Shown: piece by piece, positions 10,409-20,511 of the stretch
How positions within the stretch are numbered: the stretch's first letter is position 1
How the letters are laid out: each line of letters starts with the position of its first letter
Source of the DNA: Spirochaetia bacterium
GTDB taxonomy: Bacteria > Spirochaetota > Spirochaetia > SZUA-6 > Bin103
Direction: 5' to 3'
Length of the DNA: 64,000 bases
NCBI GenBank assembly: GCA_965203905.1
Contig: CBDBDQ010000005.1
Location: forward strand, 416,001 to 480,000
Program-made: the position numbers and the translations under genes
Notes under the pieces: model-generated
What the model saw: the letters and a program-made list of their open reading frames with translations, nothing else
Told to the model about the DNA's origin: nothing
The model's database searches: none

Positions 10409-11443
10409 TTAATGACGCCCGTCAAGGCCTCTCTTGCGGAGGAACAGGCCGAGCTGGTCGGCGACCTCGACGTTGTTCAGATCGGAAAACATGAAGTGTG
10501 AGTTGCCGCGAATCCCGGCGTCGGGAAGGCACAGTATTTCGGCATCGCCCCCGTGCCGATTGACGGTGTCACAAAACAACCGCGAAAAAACCATCTGCGC
10601 ACGGCGCGTGTCGGTTACGTGATCGGAAGGACTCGATGGTATGTTGTCGCCGTAGACTATTTGCAGCGGAACCTTGACCAGGAGATCGAAGTCGGCCTCG
10701 GAAACGGTTGTGCCGCCTCGATAAGTTCCCTTGAATAGCGGAATCGGTTCCGGCAGGGCACCATCGGGAAAGATGCAAGTGGGTTCGTAGCTCACAATTG
10801 CCTTCACGAGATTCGGCCGGCGAATGGCGGTGAACCATCCGATACGGCCGGATTGCGAGTGGGTGACAAGAATCATCGGTCCGATTTTGTCGAGCAGTGC
10901 CACCAGGGCGTCGGTGATGACGCTCTCGTCATCGGAAATAGTGGGGACGAGCGCCTGGAAGAACTGGTCAATGCTCGCTCGGTCTGCCGGGAACTGCTGC
11001 ACCGAAAAGACGTCGGGATACCTCGGACCGATGCGCCAAATCGTCCAGGCTGACTCGATTGCATGCTTCGCGGTATGGTTGGGGACCACCTGCTCTCCAT
11101 CAAGATTGCCAAAGGCACCATTGAAGGTGGGCAGACCGGCACGTCCACGGCGCGGGAAGTCGACGATGTATACCGAGTAGCCGCGGCGCAGGAATATCGT
11201 GTTGTAGCCTTCACGGCCGTCAGGGGTCGATTCCCATACGCGACCGGTGCCGGCGCCTCCATGAACCAGCAGAAGCGGATAGACCCGCGGTTTGACCGGG
11301 ATCTGGTACTGCACATACATCTGATCGACCCATGTAGTCTGTCCCGCGCTCGTGCCGGCGCCCCGCAGCAAACGACCGCCTACGGAAAAGCTGCCCTGCC
11401 TGGCAATTTCAAGGGCGTCCGCGGGCGCAGCCTCTGGTCTCAC
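10409..11443 (-). CDS. Alpha/beta-fold hydrolase
   Basis: 'LVHGGAGTG', nucleophile elbow 'THSQSG', 'GNSHFM'. Confidence 0.85.
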   Translation of the reverse strand: MRPEAAPADALEIARQGSFSVGGRLLRGAGTSAGQTTWVDQMYVQYQIPVKPRVYPLLLVHGGAGTGRVWESTPDGREGYNTIFLRRGYSVYIVDFPRRGRAGLPTFNGAFGNLDGEQVVPNHTAKHAIESAWTIWRIGPRYPDVFSVQQFPADRASIDQFFQALVPTISDDESVITDALVALLDKIGPMILVTHSQSGRIGWFTAIRRPNLVKAIVSYEPTCIFPDGALPEPIPLFKGTYRGGTTVSEADFDLLVKVPLQIVYGDNIPSSPSDHVTDTRRAQMVFSRLFCDTVNRHGGDAEILCLPDAGIRGNSHFMFSDLNNVEVADQLGLFLRKRGLDGRH

Positions 11444-12531
11444 GGTTCCGCCGTCAGGGCCGGGATTACCTCAGTCCCGAACAGTTCCAGGCTGCGCGTC
11501 CAGCGCTGCTTGTCGTCCCAGTCGTGGGCCACCAGCACCAGCGTGCCGAAGTCGCCGATCCGGGCGCGCAGGTCGTTGATCTGCCGCGTCACCGTCGCCG
11601 GATCGCCGGCGATCACCACCTCGTCCATGAAGTAGTCCAGCCCACATTCGGCGTCGCTCATGGCCGGGTTGCGCTTCCACATATCCACGCCCGGGCCACG
11701 CCGGGTGAGCTCCAGAATGTACTCGATGCACCTGCCGAGAGAGTTGCTGCGCGCCAGCCGGCGCGCTTCCTCGGTACTGTCGGCGACGAACACGTTGCGC
11801 GATACGCACCAGTCGGACGGATGCGCGCTGCGGCCCACTGCCGCGGCCCCCGCACGGTAGGTCTCCCAGTGGTCGCACAGCGTCTCCTCCGACACCATGT
11901 GATGGCTGATCAAGCGAAAGCCGCGACCCGCCGCCTTCCTGACGCCCACCGAGCCGCGCGTGATGGCGGGCACGAAGATCGGCGGGTGAGGTTGCTGCAA
12001 TGGCCGGTGCAGCGCCCCAAGCCCCATTTCCGGGTCGATGCTGTCCTGCAGCGTCACGCTCCAGAACTGCCCGTCGATACGATAAGGTGGATCGCCACTC
12101 CAGATGTCGAGAATCATCTCGATCGCCTCGCTCACGCGGGCACCGGACTCCTGCGGCGTTACCCCGAAAAGCTCCATGTCACTGGGAATCGCGCCCGGGC
12201 CGAAACAGACGTTCAAGCGCCCGTGGGACAGATGATCCAGGAACGCCAGCCGACCGGCGACCTGAGCCGGGTGATGGTACTGCAGGCACACGGGAGCGGG
12301 CCCGAACCTCATGGAATCCGTCATACCGAATGCCTTGGCGATGAAGATCTCGGGCATCACGATGTTCTCGTAGGTGGAAGAGTGATGCTCCCCCACCCAG
12401 AAGTCGGCGAACCCGAGCTGCTCGCAGCGTTGCGCCAGTTCCAGGTCCTCGTCGTAGCACTGCACCAGCGGTTTCTGCGGATCGTGCACCGGCATCAGAA
12501 ACATGCCGAACCCGAGCTCGTTACCCATCAT
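11440..12531 (-). CDS. LLM-class flavin-dependent oxidoreductase (luciferase-like)
   Basis: 'FWVGEHH', 'HHPAQVA..LDHLSHGR', 'QQPHPPI'. Confidence 0.9.
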   Translation of the reverse strand: MMGNELGFGMFLMPVHDPQKPLVQCYDEDLELAQRCEQLGFADFWVGEHHSSTYENIVMPEIFIAKAFGMTDSMRFGPAPVCLQYHHPAQVAGRLAFLDHLSHGRLNVCFGPGAIPSDMELFGVTPQESGARVSEAIEMILDIWSGDPPYRIDGQFWSVTLQDSIDPEMGLGALHRPLQQPHPPIFVPAITRGSVGVRKAAGRGFRLISHHMVSEETLCDHWETYRAGAAAVGRSAHPSDWCVSRNVFVADSTEEARRLARSNSLGRCIEYILELTRRGPGVDMWKRNPAMSDAECGLDYFMDEVVIAGDPATVTRQINDLRARIGDFGTLVLVAHDWDDKQRWTRSLELFGTEVIPALTAEP

Positions 12532-13694
12532 GAGCGACTCCTTGTATCAATCGCATACATCTGCCGGGAGCCTTCGTGAGTGGAGTCGAAGACAACCCAG
12601 CGATCATGCCGGTCCCAGCGGGGATGCAGGTCACACTTCCACTCCGCGGCGGCATAGGGAGGTTGAAAGAAGCGTCCCATCACTTCCAGGTGCTGTTGCT
12701 GCATGTCCCAAAGAAACAGCGTTTGCATCCTGTCCGGCGAATTCGACGCATAGGAATCCACCACCAGTCGCCTGCGATCCCCAGAAAAAGCGCAGTGCCC
12801 GTCCTGTAGGATATCGTCGCGGGCAACCGCCTCACTCTCCCCGCTCACTACGTTCAGCAAGTTGAAGCACTCGCCCCTCCCGTCCAAATCGGTCCACACC
12901 AGGATACGTTCCGGATCGAGCCAGTCGTGGTGAGACACATTGCCGTACGGGATCAGAAATTCCGGCCCGGCACCGTTCAGGTCTGCCACCAGGAAAGCTG
13001 ACTTGGCAATCCACGGCCCATCCTCTGTCAGATAACGCACCACCCACGTAACCCGTGAGTCGTCGGTGTTGACCGTCGGATGGTTGAACCACATGGTCGC
13101 GTTTCTTGCCTCTTCCACTGGATTCATTTCAAATAACTGCTCGTAGGAACAAAGCAGCCGGTAATCTCCGGATTCCAGATCAAGCGCGAACAGACCGTCG
13201 TCGCTCGGGTGCGGCACATGGGAATTGGGATCGTCCAGCCCGGAGTATCCGACGGTGCGCCGGCACTGTCGCAAACGCGCGTAGTTGAGAGACAGTGCCA
13301 TGTGCCCGTCGTTGGTCAAAGCGGCAACCGGCATTGGCAGCATGCGCTTCTCGCCCGAAAAGACATCCAGAACGACAGCTACGAACCGATCGCCATCTCT
13401 GTCGTTGTAGATGATCTTGCGGTCGGGCGCCGTGGGCAGCCAGTGCAGCATGCAGCCTTGCTGCGGGTTCCATGCGCGGGTTTCCGTGAGCGGATGGAAT
13501 CGCTTCGTCTCCCACTCTACCATGCCGATGGTGGCAGTATCGTCCGCCCTTGGAAAATGGTCGTCGAAATCGCTCTCCATGGCGAGCACGTAACTACCGG
13601 TCGAGTCGCAGGTCTGAATATCGAAGTATCCAAAAAAATGGTGCCGCGGGCCTTGGGTCAGGGCGACTACGTCGAACCCGTACTCGTTTTTCAT
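12528..13694 (-). CDS. TolB-like beta-propeller protein
   Basis: 'HHFFGYFD', 'WNPQQG', 'CDLHPRW' motifs; operonic overlap. Confidence 0.7.
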   Translation of the reverse strand: MKNEYGFDVVALTQGPRHHFFGYFDIQTCDSTGSYVLAMESDFDDHFPRADDTATIGMVEWETKRFHPLTETRAWNPQQGCMLHWLPTAPDRKIIYNDRDGDRFVAVVLDVFSGEKRMLPMPVAALTNDGHMALSLNYARLRQCRRTVGYSGLDDPNSHVPHPSDDGLFALDLESGDYRLLCSYEQLFEMNPVEEARNATMWFNHPTVNTDDSRVTWVVRYLTEDGPWIAKSAFLVADLNGAGPEFLIPYGNVSHHDWLDPERILVWTDLDGRGECFNLLNVVSGESEAVARDDILQDGHCAFSGDRRRLVVDSYASNSPDRMQTLFLWDMQQQHLEVMGRFFQPPYAAAEWKCDLHPRWDRHDRWVVFDSTHEGSRQMYAIDTRSRS

Positions 13695-13702
13695 CTACTC
13701 AT

Positions 13703-14734
13703 CTACAAGGTATAGTCGACACCCAGTTTTATGGAGCGCCCCGGATGCTCGTTGATCGCCTGAAGAGCTGTCGTGACTTGCCCGAGGGGCACGATCGGCT
13801 CGATCAGGTCATCGGCCTGGAGGCGACCCTCGACCAGGAGGGCCAGCGACTCGGCTTGAATCCGCGCGTAGTCCCAACCATAGTCCTGGAGAGGTTCGCT
13901 GTTGGCCCGGCTCGAGATGATCCGGATTCGGTTGCGGTGCCACTCCCCGGCCAGGTGCAGTCCTTGCCGGCCCGCGTAGTAAGCCGTCGAGACGACCGTT
14001 CCCCGGTAGCGCGTGGCACGCAAGGCGTCTTCGAGCGCGGCATAGGAGCCGCTGGTTTCAAAGGCGACATCCACTCCGAGGTTCCCCGTCCGCTCCTTCA
14101 GTTCCAATCCGACGTCACTCTCCGTTGGATCCAGTGCCAGATCCGCCCCGTGGCGCTCAGCCGCTGCCCGACGGACTCGAACAGGGTCGATCACCGCCAC
14201 CCACCGGGCCCCGGAAAGTCGTGCCGCCTGCGCTACCATCAGTCCTATGGCCCCCAGGCCGAAGACGGCCACCCGATCCCCCAGTCGCACGGGCCCATCC
14301 TGCATCGCCCCCACCGCGCAATCGGCCGGGTCCGCGTACATGAGCGCTTGCGGCGTGATCCCTCGTGGGACGCGCTCCAGCCGGCCGGCATCGACGGCAT
14401 GGGTCTCGCGCACGCGCAGGTGGCCAAACACGCGGTCGCCCACACTGAAGCGATCCACACCTGCCCCCACCTCGGTCACTTCCCCCATGCACATGTCGCC
14501 CAGAGCCATCGGAAAGCCGGCTGCGGCCGCTTCGCCGCGCCGGTGCAGCCGGAGCTCAGCATCCCAACGGTCGGATGCATCGGGCGAATCCGCTCTGAAG
14601 TAGCGTAGCTCGGTGCCATGTTTCACCGCGCCGAAGAGGCTGCGCACGCGAACTTTACCAGGCCCGAGGGCGACCTCGTCGTACTCCCGCAACACCGCGT
14701 GTCCCGGCCGGTCGGCGATCAGTTCCTGTGGCAT
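13703..14734 (-). CDS. Medium-chain (zinc-binding family) dehydrogenase
   Basis: 'HGTE', Rossmann 'VFGLGAIG', 'GVDVAFETSG'. Confidence 0.85.
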   Translation of the reverse strand: MPQELIADRPGHAVLREYDEVALGPGKVRVRSLFGAVKHGTELRYFRADSPDASDRWDAELRLHRRGEAAAAGFPMALGDMCMGEVTEVGAGVDRFSVGDRVFGHLRVRETHAVDAGRLERVPRGITPQALMYADPADCAVGAMQDGPVRLGDRVAVFGLGAIGLMVAQAARLSGARWVAVIDPVRVRRAAAERHGADLALDPTESDVGLELKERTGNLGVDVAFETSGSYAALEDALRATRYRGTVVSTAYYAGRQGLHLAGEWHRNRIRIISSRANSEPLQDYGWDYARIQAESLALLVEGRLQADDLIEPIVPLGQVTTALQAINEHPGRSIKLGVDYTL

Positions 14735-14758
14735 AGCAAAGCTCCTTTGTAACAGTCA

Positions 14759-14788
14759 GGAGCCCCGGCAGTCTTCCACCGGGGCTCC
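14759..14788 (-). terminator. Intercistronic stem-loop downstream of the SBP gene
   Basis: GGAGCCCCGG-N10-CCGGGGCTCC perfect 10-bp stem. Confidence 0.65.
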
Positions 14789-14820
14789 CATGAATACCTT
14801 GTTGGCTTACTCGGTCTGAC

Positions 14821-16842
14821 TTACTCTGCGAGATACCAGGCCGAGGCAACATGATGATACCGAGCCCATATCTTGCCGACCTGATTCCTCAACTTCTTCG
14901 AATAGACGGCGAAATTGATGCTTCCATCTTCATCCATGCCGCCGATGAGGTACAGATTGCCGATCATGATCTCGAAGATCTCGTGCTCCATCGCCTCGCG
15001 TTTGGCGGGGTCTCCTTCCGCATAGTAGGCTGCCGGAATCTCGGCCAGCCGCTTGATCTCGTCAGGCGGTTCGACACCCTCCTGGCCGTCCGAGAACAGC
15101 CATTTCCCCCAGCCCGGAGCGGGATAGTACAGCTTCTGTATGGGCACGACATTGTGCCTCGAAACAATCGGATATCCTCTCCCTCCGCCAAAGGCCTGGG
15201 CGAACATGAGGTCGTACTTGTCGGCCTCGTAGATCTTGTTTATGGTGGCTTCGTCGTAGGGCTTCAAGGTGAGGCCTATACCCAGATCACTATAGTACTG
15301 CTGGTACATTTCGGCCGACTGCATCTGGATTGGACCGACCGCCGTGTAGACCCCCATAATCAGATCCAGGGGCTTCCCGTCTGGCCGCAGACGCTTCGTT
15401 CTGCCGCTGTTCCAGGTGAGGCCGATGCCGTCGAGAAGCCGGTTGGCTTCGTCAGGATCGTACTCCAGATACGTGTCGAACAGAGGATCGGACATGCCAT
15501 ATGGCGTATTCGGCCTTACCTGGGTGGGGGTTCGAGAGCCTCTGAAGAGGACCTCATTGACCTCGTTCCTGTCGATCCCGATAGACAGCGCAATGCGGAA
15601 GTCCTTCTCCAGGAAAATCTCACGCAGAACCATGTCGGGGTGGGCAAGATTCACGAAAATGGTGTGCTGGTTGCCTACGGCACCGGGTGAAGACACCACA
15701 TTGTATCCACCCTTGCTCTCGTTCTCCTTGAGCAGCGCGAAGGTTTCTGCGGTCATTCCCAGAACTCCGCCGGTGATGTAGTCGATGTCACCCGCGATGA
15801 CACTCAGCTTCTTGCCTTCCTGATCGCCGATCAGCACACTCTCCACTTCATCGATGTAGGGAAGCTGATTGCCGGCCGTGTCGATCTTCCAGTAGTAGGG
15901 ATTGCGAAACATCCGGTTCACCGGCGCCCTGCCGTCGGTGGTCATTATCCAGGGCCGGATATGCGGCATATCCGGATTCTCGACCGTCCAGTGAGTTCGT
16001 TTGGCGGTCCACAGGCTCACCCAATCGGAAAACCCTTCTTCCTTGATGGTCGCATTGAGATCATCGTCGGTAGTGTAATCCGGATGAAACTGCTTCATGT
16101 AGTGCGCCGGCAAAAAAGGACCGGGCCGGAATATGGCGATTTGCTCGGGGAAGTAACCAAAGGGCCCGGGAAAGGTAATCTTGAGCTGGTCTTCAGCAAC
16201 CTTCTGCATGGTCCCCATGACGCCGCCGGATTTGAATTCGCGTATTCCGCCAGGCGCCAGATCCTTGTTCAGCGCCACGGCTTCATACCAGAACATGTAG
16301 TCGTCGGCGGTCATCGGCATACCGTCGCTCCACCGCATTCCCTTGCGAAGATGCCAGATGAATTCGGTGCCACCCGGCAACAGTTCACTCTCCAGCAGAA
16401 TGTTCGGCCCGAGCCTGTCGTAGTCGGGGTCGTAGGTGTACGGCATCTGCTCCATGAACTTGTTGATGGTCCGGACCACGTCGGAAGCCCCACCGTCGTG
16501 GGAGGTCCGCAGGGTGCCGCCGTACCTGCCGATCTCGTTGCGGACGATTACCAGCGGCTGCTCCGGAAGCCGCTCCTCGACGGGATCCAGCTCACCCTTG
16601 GCAACCAGCGCGGCCAGCGCCGGCGACTCGCCGAATTCGGTGATCTTGATGCCCGTCTTCTCCTCCATCTCGGTAAGCGAGGCAAACTGATAGAACTCCG
16701 GGTAAAGCCCCAGGGCCTCACCCATGTCCACACCCATGTCCACCTCTGTCGAGGCCGCCGTGCCTTCCTCCGCGGTCGCTCCCGCAAACGCAAAGGACAC
16801 GGAAATCACGAGGGACAGTAAAACCAATAGTGGTTTCCTCAT
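14821..16842 (-). CDS. ABC transporter substrate-binding protein, family 5
   Basis: Start MRKPLL after AAGGAG; signal peptide; 'LRKGMRWSDG', 'GNQLPYID'. Confidence 0.9.
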   Translation of the reverse strand: MRKPLLVLLSLVISVSFAFAGATAEEGTAASTEVDMGVDMGEALGLYPEFYQFASLTEMEEKTGIKITEFGESPALAALVAKGELDPVEERLPEQPLVIVRNEIGRYGGTLRTSHDGGASDVVRTINKFMEQMPYTYDPDYDRLGPNILLESELLPGGTEFIWHLRKGMRWSDGMPMTADDYMFWYEAVALNKDLAPGGIREFKSGGVMGTMQKVAEDQLKITFPGPFGYFPEQIAIFRPGPFLPAHYMKQFHPDYTTDDDLNATIKEEGFSDWVSLWTAKRTHWTVENPDMPHIRPWIMTTDGRAPVNRMFRNPYYWKIDTAGNQLPYIDEVESVLIGDQEGKKLSVIAGDIDYITGGVLGMTAETFALLKENESKGGYNVVSSPGAVGNQHTIFVNLAHPDMVLREIFLEKDFRIALSIGIDRNEVNEVLFRGSRTPTQVRPNTPYGMSDPLFDTYLEYDPDEANRLLDGIGLTWNSGRTKRLRPDGKPLDLIMGVYTAVGPIQMQSAEMYQQYYSDLGIGLTLKPYDEATINKIYEADKYDLMFAQAFGGGRGYPIVSRHNVVPIQKLYYPAPGWGKWLFSDGQEGVEPPDEIKRLAEIPAAYYAEGDPAKREAMEHEIFEIMIGNLYLIGGMDEDGSINFAVYSKKLRNQVGKIWARYHHVASAWYLAE

Positions 16843-16918
16843 TGCACTTTTCTCCTTCGTATATGATCGAAACGAATTCTCACGAACCTGCTGTTCTCTC
16901 TCGACACCTCCTCTCAGC

Positions 16919-18037
16919 TCAAAGATCCGCATACGGATCGGCCGCATCGCGCAAGCCATCTCCCAGAAAATTGAAGGCCAGGATACTCGCCACCACGAAC
17001 AGCGCCGGCGTCAGCATCCAGGGCGCCTTGGAGAGGACCTCCACACTTTGTGCGTCCTTGAGAAGAACACCCCAGCTTATCGCGGGCGCCTGCATGCCCA
17101 GACCGATAAAGCTCAAGGCGGTCTCGGCCAGGATCATGCCCGGTACCGCCAGTGTGATCGTCGCGATTATGTGACTGATGAACGAGGGCAACAGGTGGCG
17201 AAATATTATCGCCATATCACCGCACCCGGAAATCTTCGCGGCAATGACGAAGTCCTCGGCGCGCAGTGCCAGGAATCTTCCTCTGACCACGCGCGCCAGC
17301 CCGGTCCATTCTACCAGCGAGAGGATCAACACGATCGCAAAGTAGACCCTGATCACCGGCCAGTCGTGGGGCAGCGCCGCGCTCAAGCCCATCCACAGCG
17401 GCAACGTCGGAATGGACCTGAGCGCCTCGATGAGCCGCTGGATCAAGAGATCGAGTTGTCCCCCATAATATCCCGAGACCCCTCCAATGACAACGCCGAT
17501 GAACAGACTCAGTGCGATTCCAAGCAGCCCGATAGACAGCGACACGCGACTGCCGTATACCACCCGAGAGAAGAGGTCGCGTCCTCCCCGGTCCCTTCCC
17601 AGTACCGAGAACGCTCCTTCCTTGGTGCCAAACAGATGCAGATTACCGACAAACAGGCCCCACAGACGGTAGGAGTCTCCACGCACCAGAAAATGAATTG
17701 GAAAGCGCGTCGACCGGTCCTCGGCATAGGACAATTGCCAGGTCGTCTTGTCGATACTCTTTTCCAGTTTGTAAACAAACGGTCGCAGATGGAATTTGCC
17801 TTCGTCATCTCTGAAGTGAATCCGTTGTACCGGCGCCAGCACCAGTTCCTTTTCGAAATCACGCGGATCGTTGGGCGCTACGAACTCGGCAAATATTGCT
17901 ACCAGGTAGAACACCCCGATTACCGCCAGTGACACCAGCGCCAGTCTGTGCCTGAAGAACTTCCGTGTGACGAGCTTCCACTGCGATGCGACGTAGTAGC
18001 TCTCCTCGGAGATCCTGGCGCTTCTTGCCGGTCTCAT
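16919..18037 (-). CDS. Peptide ABC transporter permease (DppC-like)
   Basis: 'GRDLFSR', 'FNFLGDGLRDAADPY'; ATGA overlap start. Confidence 0.9.
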   Translation of the reverse strand: MRPARSARISEESYYVASQWKLVTRKFFRHRLALVSLAVIGVFYLVAIFAEFVAPNDPRDFEKELVLAPVQRIHFRDDEGKFHLRPFVYKLEKSIDKTTWQLSYAEDRSTRFPIHFLVRGDSYRLWGLFVGNLHLFGTKEGAFSVLGRDRGGRDLFSRVVYGSRVSLSIGLLGIALSLFIGVVIGGVSGYYGGQLDLLIQRLIEALRSIPTLPLWMGLSAALPHDWPVIRVYFAIVLILSLVEWTGLARVVRGRFLALRAEDFVIAAKISGCGDMAIIFRHLLPSFISHIIATITLAVPGMILAETALSFIGLGMQAPAISWGVLLKDAQSVEVLSKAPWMLTPALFVVASILAFNFLGDGLRDAADPYADL

Positions 18038-19020
18038 ACGGCGCCTCGTATGCGCGGATCGCTCCAGGCGAGCAGCAGGTCCGAGAGCAGTGTCCCCAGC
18101 ACCGTCAGCGCGCTCAGAACAAACACGATGCTGCCGGCCAAGTACATGTCTTCGGTCAGCAGGGATTTGAGAAATATCGGTGCCAGCGTGGGCAGCCCCA
18201 GCACCAACGAGGTGAGCAGCTCGCCGTTGACCAGTGCCGGCAGCGTCCATCCGACCGTGCTGATGATAGGATTGGTCGCGATACGTACCGGATACTTGAA
18301 CAGCAGCTTCCTTTCGGTCAACCCCTTGGCGCGGGCGACGATGACATACTGTCGCTTCAGCTCATCCAACAGGTTGGCCCGCATGATTCTGATAAGGGCT
18401 GCAGTACCGGCGGTTCCGATGACGATAATCGGCACTATCAAGTGCTTCAGCAGATCAACGAACTTGCCCAAGCTCCAGGGCGCCGACAGGTACTCCCGCG
18501 AAAACAGACCTAGCACAGCGTTGCCGGTAATCAAGTAGAAGATCCAGATGAATACGAGCGCGAACAGGAAGTTCGGTATGGCCAGGCCGATGAATCCCAA
18601 AGAGGTGAAAACATAGTCGGCCAGCGAATACTGGTGGGTGGCGGCGAGCACGCCCACGGGAATCGCCACGGCATATACGAACAGCAGCGATATCGAGGAA
18701 ATGAGCAGACTCCACGGCAGCCGTTCGGCAATCAACGTTCCTATCGGCTTGTTCCACGCCCAGGACACGCCCAGATCCCCCCGCAGGATGTTGCGGAGCC
18801 ACTTCAGGTACTGAACCTGCACCGGCTGATCTACCCCGTAGCGGGCTCTGAGCATCATCTGGGTTTCCTCGGAAATAATCTCGCCCTCTGCCATCCAATC
18901 GGCCACGGTGGTGGTCACGAAATCTCCCGGCGGAAGATGAATAATGACGAATGATACGATCGAGATTATGAGAAGCGTCGGGAACGCAAGCAGAACGCGC
19001 CGAACTATAAAGATCAGCAT
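18034..19020 (-). CDS. Peptide ABC transporter permease (DppB-like)
   Basis: 'MLIFIVRR', 'LPPGDF', 'ARAKGL', 'DPRIR'. Confidence 0.9.
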   Translation of the reverse strand: MLIFIVRRVLLAFPTLLIISIVSFVIIHLPPGDFVTTTVADWMAEGEIISEETQMMLRARYGVDQPVQVQYLKWLRNILRGDLGVSWAWNKPIGTLIAERLPWSLLISSISLLFVYAVAIPVGVLAATHQYSLADYVFTSLGFIGLAIPNFLFALVFIWIFYLITGNAVLGLFSREYLSAPWSLGKFVDLLKHLIVPIIVIGTAGTAALIRIMRANLLDELKRQYVIVARAKGLTERKLLFKYPVRIATNPIISTVGWTLPALVNGELLTSLVLGLPTLAPIFLKSLLTEDMYLAGSIVFVLSALTVLGTLLSDLLLAWSDPRIRGAV

Positions 19021-19308
19021 TCGACTGCCACCCGCATCAACCGCCTCCGGGAGCCCATCACGTCGTTGCCAAGCGCGCCTTGCAGCCAACGCCGGATGTG
19101 CTGGTGTGCCGTCGCCTCCAGCGTCTCCCAGCACACGCTGGACGGTGTGCTGTCCCGAACGCACCAGTCTCGCTGTCGCCGAGCTACGCCAACGTCCGGG
19201 TGCAGTCGTCTCGGCATCATCGACAATCGCGTTACTCTGGCAATCCCCACGAGGAATAGTCAAGGGCTCAAGGGGCTCGTGGGCACCTGCTCGGCGAGGG
19301 TGTCCGCT

Positions 19309-20340
19309 TCAGGTCAGGAGAAAGTCCTCGTCGCGCAGGCTGTAGCCCCTGATCTGCGCCTTGGGGGCATCGTCGACGAGGTAGTTGACGACGTAGATCT
19401 CGCCGTCCGGGAACTGCACCCAGCCCGAATAGCCCACGTCCGATACCGGACTGCGGTCGAAGTCGAGCGGCATGATCCGGGTCCAGGCGCGGTCCCGCTC
19501 CGTGGCGGCGGCGGAGGTCACGTCGGTCAACGCCGCGAAGAAGTTCTGCGTCCAGTAGCCGAACCCCGGCTTGCCACCCTGCATGAAGCGATAGGTGATC
19601 ATCACCCGGCCGCTCTGCAACAGCCCGGCGACCGGCCGGTGGCAGCCGGGCAGCGGGAACCGGTAGAGGCCCTCCCAATGTTCGCCGTCGTCGTGGGAGA
19701 CCGCCTTGTAGCAGTCGCGCCCCTCGCCCGAGTTCTCGCGCAGGAAGGCGACCAGGACGCCGTCCGGCAGCCGCAGGATCGACGCCTCGCAGAGATGCAG
19801 ACCGCGCTGCTCGGCAACGCTCACCGGACCGTGCCACGACCGCCCCCGGTCATCGGAGTACCACAACCGCTGCTGCCAGTAGTTCACGGGAGGGTTGTAG
19901 TACTGGCAGCTCACGAGCCAGCGCCCGGAGGGAAGTTCCTGCAGCTTGTCGGGAACGCAGCCCAGCGCGGGCAGCGCGTGCGGGCCGTCCCAGGTCGCGC
20001 CCTGGTCCCCCGAGAACCAGACGAACACCGGCAGCAGCTTCTCGTCGACCAGCTCCTCGGCGCAGCGGTTGGCAATGGCCACGATGCGGCCGTCGCCGAG
20101 CAGCGACAGCCGCGGCGCACCCCAGCCGTTGCCGGGAGCGCTCAGCGGATGTTTCGGAGTCCAGGTGCGTCCGCGGTCGTCGCTCTCGGTGAGCATGACG
20201 CGGGAGTAGCGGCGGTCGGTGTGGAAGGTACCTTCCCAGAATATGCAGATCAGGCGCCCCGAAGGAGTGAGCAGCAGGTCCGGCCACGCCTCGTATATGT
20301 CGTCGTCGCGACTCACGGTGAATGTTGCAACCGGCTTCAT
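19309..20340 (-). CDS. Sialidase-family (BNR/Asp-box) protein
   Basis: Asp boxes SDDRGRTW, SGDQGATW, SDDRGRSW, SHDDGEHW; C-terminal 'GYSGWVQ'. Confidence 0.8.
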   Translation of the reverse strand: MKPVATFTVSRDDDIYEAWPDLLLTPSGRLICIFWEGTFHTDRRYSRVMLTESDDRGRTWTPKHPLSAPGNGWGAPRLSLLGDGRIVAIANRCAEELVDEKLLPVFVWFSGDQGATWDGPHALPALGCVPDKLQELPSGRWLVSCQYYNPPVNYWQQRLWYSDDRGRSWHGPVSVAEQRGLHLCEASILRLPDGVLVAFLRENSGEGRDCYKAVSHDDGEHWEGLYRFPLPGCHRPVAGLLQSGRVMITYRFMQGGKPGFGYWTQNFFAALTDVTSAAATERDRAWTRIMPLDFDRSPVSDVGYSGWVQFPDGEIYVVNYLVDDAPKAQIRGYSLRDEDFLLT

Positions 20341-20511
20341 CGGCGAATTCGGATACTCATCATGCCCGCTTTCCGCTGCATTGCAAAGCCGAACCGCGTC
20401 TCGCGCGTCACGCACGTCACGGCACAGCATGTGCAGGGGCCGCTCCGACACGGGCACGCACGCGGTTGACTCCCGCGCTGCGCCGGGGTTCATTAGTCGG
20501 AAGGAGGAGCC

